Source: the human T2T-CHM13v2.0 reference genome, Homo sapiens. From it: a stretch of DNA of 64,000 bases. The stretch lies in assembly GCF_009914755.1 (NCBI RefSeq), contig NC_060929.1. One strand, 5' to 3'. Position 1 is the stretch's first letter. Every line of letters starts with the position of its first letter. Below, piece after piece: positions 59,366 to 64,000 of the stretch. Below the pieces are notes generated by a model. It did not search any database, was not told the DNA's origin, and saw only the letters and a program-made list of their open reading frames with translations. Both the position numbers and the translations under genes were made by a program.

Positions 59366-59800
59366 TGAGAGGTGAAGCCAGCTGAACTTCTGGGTTAGGT
59401 GGGGACTTGGAGAACTTTTCTGTCTTACAGGAGGATTGTAAAATGCACCAATCAGCACTCTAGCTAGGATTGCAAAATGCACCAGTCACCACTCTGTGGC
59501 TAGCTAGAGGTTTGTAAAATGGACCAATCAGCACTCTGTAAAATGGACCAATCAGCACGACATGGATGGGGACAAATAAGGGAATAAAAGCTGGCCACCC
59601 CAGCCAGCAGTGGCAATGCACTCGGGTTCCCTTCCACACTGTGGAAGCTTTGTTCTTTCACTCTTCACAATAAATCTTGCTACTGCCCACTCTTTGAGTC
59701 TGTGCCATCTTTAAGAGCTGTTACACTGTGAAGTTCTGCGGCTTCATTCTTGAAGTCAGCAAGACCACAAATCCACTGGAAGGAACCAACTCCAGACATA
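59366..59800 (+). mobile_element. Short ERV9 solo LTR (LTR12F-like)
   Basis: tgagaggtgaagccagctg...aactccagacata; CCAAT repeats, gaataaaag, caataaatc; perfect 4-bp TSD tagt. Confidence 0.92.
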
Positions 59801-60590
59801 TAGTCACCTTCAGGTATCTCAGCTAGATCTTCTGGATAACTTGCTGAGGTTTCTACATTAGCACTTGTTTCTGACCATGGTATTTTTACGGGGTGGAGAT
59901 GTCTTCTTTCCTTAAACTTCATGAACCAACCTCTGTTAGCTTCCAGCTTTAATTGTGCAGCTTCCTTGTCTCTCTTAGCCTTCACAGAATTGAAGAGAGA
60001 TAGGGCCTTGCTCTGGATTAGGTTTTGACTTGAGGAACTGCTGTGGCCAGTTTGATCTTCCATCCAGACCACTAAAACCTTCTGAATATCAGGATTGAGG
60101 CTATTTCACTTTCTTATCATTTGTGTGTTCACTGGAGTAGCACTTTTAATTTCTGTCAAGAACTTTTCCTTGCATGCACAACTTGGTTAACTATTTGGCC
60201 CAAGAGGCCTAGCTTTTTGGTCTATTTCAGCTTCTGATGTACCTTCCTCGCTAAACTAAATAATTTCTAGATTTTTATTTGAAGTGAGAGACTTGCAACT
60301 CCTTCTTTCACTTGAACATTTAGAGCCCACTGTAGGGTTATTAACAGGACTAATTTCAATATTGTTGTGTCTCAGAGAATAGTAAGGCTTGAAGAGAGAG
60401 AGAGCGATGAGAAAACAACCAGTTGGTGAATCAGTCAGAACACACGCATTTATTGATTAAGTCCATCTTCTTATACTCATGTGGTTTGTGGTACCCTCAA
60501 AATAATTTCAATAGTCATATCAAAATCCCTGATCACAGAACACCATAATTTGTATTATAAAACTGAAAAAGTTTAAAATATTGCGAGAAT

Positions 60591-61069
<479 letters not shown>

Positions 61070-61848
61070 CTATTAAACATGTATTAAAATTTGATAAATG
61101 ATATAAAAATGTGGTTGTATCCAACTTTGATTTTATTGTAGAAACTTGTATTAATATAGTCTAGTAACTATAGCCAAATCTTGACAATATTTTTGTTTAA
61201 CATTTTCTCTTGTCTCTGAATAATTTAAAACACCTTGTAATATGGGAACAGGAAGTTGCAGTCCTCAGAAAGGGTAGATACCAAGCATTTAAAACAAATG
61301 TAGATAATATCATTTGCAGAAACTGAATAAAAATATACCTAACAAGAGTGAAATTACTCATCATATGGAAGCTATTCACAACAAAGAAATAATTTGTAAC
61401 TATGTTATTGATAAGACTTCTGTGGGTTTTCAACATAGAACATCATTTAAAAATATTTATAATTGAAGAAATGACAATATTTAGAAAATTATAATATTTC
61501 TGGTGGGATGAGTTATGACAGTCATTTTTTAATGGCTTAGTAAAACAAAGATGATAAGATATTATGTAGAAATTGACAGTCAATAAGAGACTATGTTATT
61601 TGAGTCTAATAAGTGTAATATTCATCATCTAGACAGAAATGACCTCTAAATATTGGAAAAGAAAGAATCAAATTCTTGCAGCTTGTGACATTATTTCTTT
61701 ATGCTGCCACTAACTCCCTTTACTCACCAAAAACTTTCTCTTTAGTGCTTGATTTCTTGAGTTGTCCTGCCCATATTGAGTATTGTCCTTGGTTTATAAG
61801 TAATTTTTTTCAAATATCAGTATCCTGACAAATATTAAGTTAATAGCT

Positions 61849-61922
61849 GATTATTAATTATTCTAGATTATTAATTAATGTTCTGTGAATTATTATTCTG
61901 TGAATTAATGTTCTGTGAATTA
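61849..61922. repeat. Short imperfect 15-17 bp tandem repeat
   Basis: gattattaatta x2 then ttctgtgaatta x3. Confidence 0.8.
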
Positions 61923-62179
61923 CAATTGATCTTATTATGATTGACTGTGGATACAACTGAGTATTGTAAGCACTTCCCACAGCACCTGGGACATTACAGG
62001 TGCTCAGTAAATTTGTATTATTATATTAGAAAACAGGAATGACCAATACTCAATGAAAACTTGTTGTTGACTAACATCTCATTAGTATGTAATAGAAGTG
62101 TACTTTTCAGTGTCTTTGAAATATATTGGAAAAATGCAGGGCAAAATGCTAGTGCTTGTTAGTAATCATAGTAACAAAA

Positions 62180-62600
62180 GTTATTCCTGCTGCATTCTAC
62201 ATGTTTATTAATTAGGTTTACTGTCCCAAGTGCAGGAGACTCAGTAGATATTAAGTCAAACACAGTTCTTGCCCCATGGAGTTTAGCTGAAAATTAGCAA
62301 TCAGCACTCAACAAATGTAAATGTAATATGTGCTGCAAATTGTGCTGTGAAACTATATGATAAAGAATTTAACTTAATGTGAGGATAATATGAGTATGTC
62401 CAGACTTAAAGGATGAGCCTAATGCGGCCAGGCTAACAGTGGTAGAATGTTTTTTTTTCCAGACAAAGACAATAACATATGCTAAGTTTACAGGGTAGGA
62501 AGAAGTTTGACACATGGGATATGAGGTCAGTGTAGTTCATGAGGAGGAGGAACCACCGGAGAAGACTCAGAATGTGTAGCAAGGGAAAAAAGGAAATCCA
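62180..62600 (-). mobile_element. L2 fragment
   Basis: acatgtttattaattaggtttactgtcccaag...cacagttcttgccccatggagttta...gacttaaaggatgag. Confidence 0.65.
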
Positions 62601-62631
62601 GGAAAGTGGGTTATCACTGAGGTTATTAAAT

Positions 62632-62739
62632 ATATGCAACATTTGGGAAATACCTATATTGAAAATTAGTCATAGCTTCTCTGGTAAGCAAATGTAACTG
62701 AGCACCTTGTATTATTTATTTGCTAAATCTGGCAACCCT
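62632..62739. mobile_element. MER53 half element
   Basis: atgcaacatttgggaaatacctatatt...tttatttgctaaatctggcaaccct terminus. Confidence 0.75.
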
Positions 62740-63319
62740 AGTTATCAGGTAAGTCAAGAGTAGAAAGTGTCAAGGAGGAAATCACCACAATTACAAGTAG
62801 TATTTGTGGGGCATTGTGCCAAGAGCTTGGCATGGATTGTGTAGTTTCATATCCCTGCCTTTGGCCTTTCTAATTCACACAGCTGGATCTACTAATGGTC
62901 TGATTTGAAGCTCTTGGATGTCCTCATTTGATAATGTTGAACCAGATGAAAAGTGTCAAAGTAATCCCAACTCCATTAGCCCTTGTGTATCGGAATAAAA
63001 TTGAGCTTTATACAAGCCCTGAAATCTGCGGAGTGCTGAGGGCATGGGGCAGAATAGGCTAGACACTTTCAATATCTCTCTCTATCCCTCTCACAATCCA
63101 CCCTTATTGACCTACTATCTTTGTGTGATTCCTACTTTGCAGACAGCAGAATATTATTTGAGAAACATAATGTCCTTCTAAGACTAAGTGTCTGTCCTCA
63201 AGCTAGTGCTAGTTTTTTGTTGTTGCTGTTTTTGTTTTGTTTTGCTGAATAATATGGTCTTCTCAGATCCTCTTAACTTCCAGAATCCCAAATAATAATT
63301 TGCTGCCACCATCATAATC

Positions 63320-63500
63320 ATAATTATTATAATATTTAACATTTGCTGAGTTCTTATTAAATATCAGACACTCTACCAACAGCTTTATATAAATGGTCTC
63401 ATTAAATTTCTCAACAGTTCAATAATGTTGATATCATCTATTTTTTATATATGTAAAGAAACTGACATCCATATCAAGCCACTTGCCATGATGAGATAAC
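63320..63500 (-). mobile_element. MIR
   Basis: aacatttgctgagttcttatt...tctcattaaatttctcaacag...aagaaactga. Confidence 0.65.
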
Positions 63501-63545
63501 TGAGATTCCCCAAGAGTTACTTATTCAAGTTAAAAGTGAAGTCTA

Positions 63546-64000
63546 TTAATTTTTCACAGAAATAGAAAGAAAAACCTCAAAATTTATATGGAACCACAAA
63601 AGACCCCAAATAGCCAAAGCAATCCTAAGCAAAAAGAACAGAGCTGAAAGCATCACTTTGTCTAACTTCAAATTATATTGCAAAGCTATAGTAACCAAAA
63701 CAGTATGGTATTGGTATAAAAGCAGACACATAGACCAATGGAACCGAATAGAGAACCCAGAAATAAAACTGCACATTTATAGTCAACTCATTTTTGACAA
63801 AGCTGTCAAGAGCATACTTTGGTGAAAGGACAGTCTCTTCAATAAATGGTGCTGAGGAAACTGGTTATCCACAGGCAGAAGAATGAAATTAAACCCCATG
63901 CCTCAACATATAGAAAAAGTCAAATAAAAATGGATCGAATATTTAAATTTAATATTTGAAACTATCAAACTACTGGAAGAAAATATTAACGAAATGCTCT
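63546..64000 (+). mobile_element. L1 (L1M/L1PB-like) ORF2 fragment running off the window
   Basis: aaaatttatatggaaccacaaaagaccccaaatagccaaagcaatcctaagcaaaaagaac; gacacatagaccaatggaac. Confidence 0.9.

Overview
This is AT-rich primate (human-like) nuclear DNA of intergenic or deep-intronic type. Roughly 60% (estimated by eye) is recognisable transposon relic. I found no intact cellular gene, RNA gene or CRISPR array; most ORF-track entries are transposon remnants or chance ORFs. Main contents: a full-length but dead L1PA8-like LINE (37653-44193, +); several truncated L1PA/L1M elements; two complete MSTA-type MaLR elements in opposite orientations; two ERV9 solo LTRs (LTR12C, LTR12F-like); a near full-length Tigger1 carrying nested LTR and Alu insertions; about 8 Alu/FLAM/FRAM; and many MIR, L2 and MER relics. 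Subfamily names come from remembered consensus sequences, not from a search. I see no evidence for a novel biological system. The most unusual signals are three fold-back templated-insertion scars (about 7350, 15200 and 42000), a candidate minus-strand exon with a small ORF (48596-48904), and a CCAAT-rich LTR12C promoter 2 kb upstream of the full-length L1.
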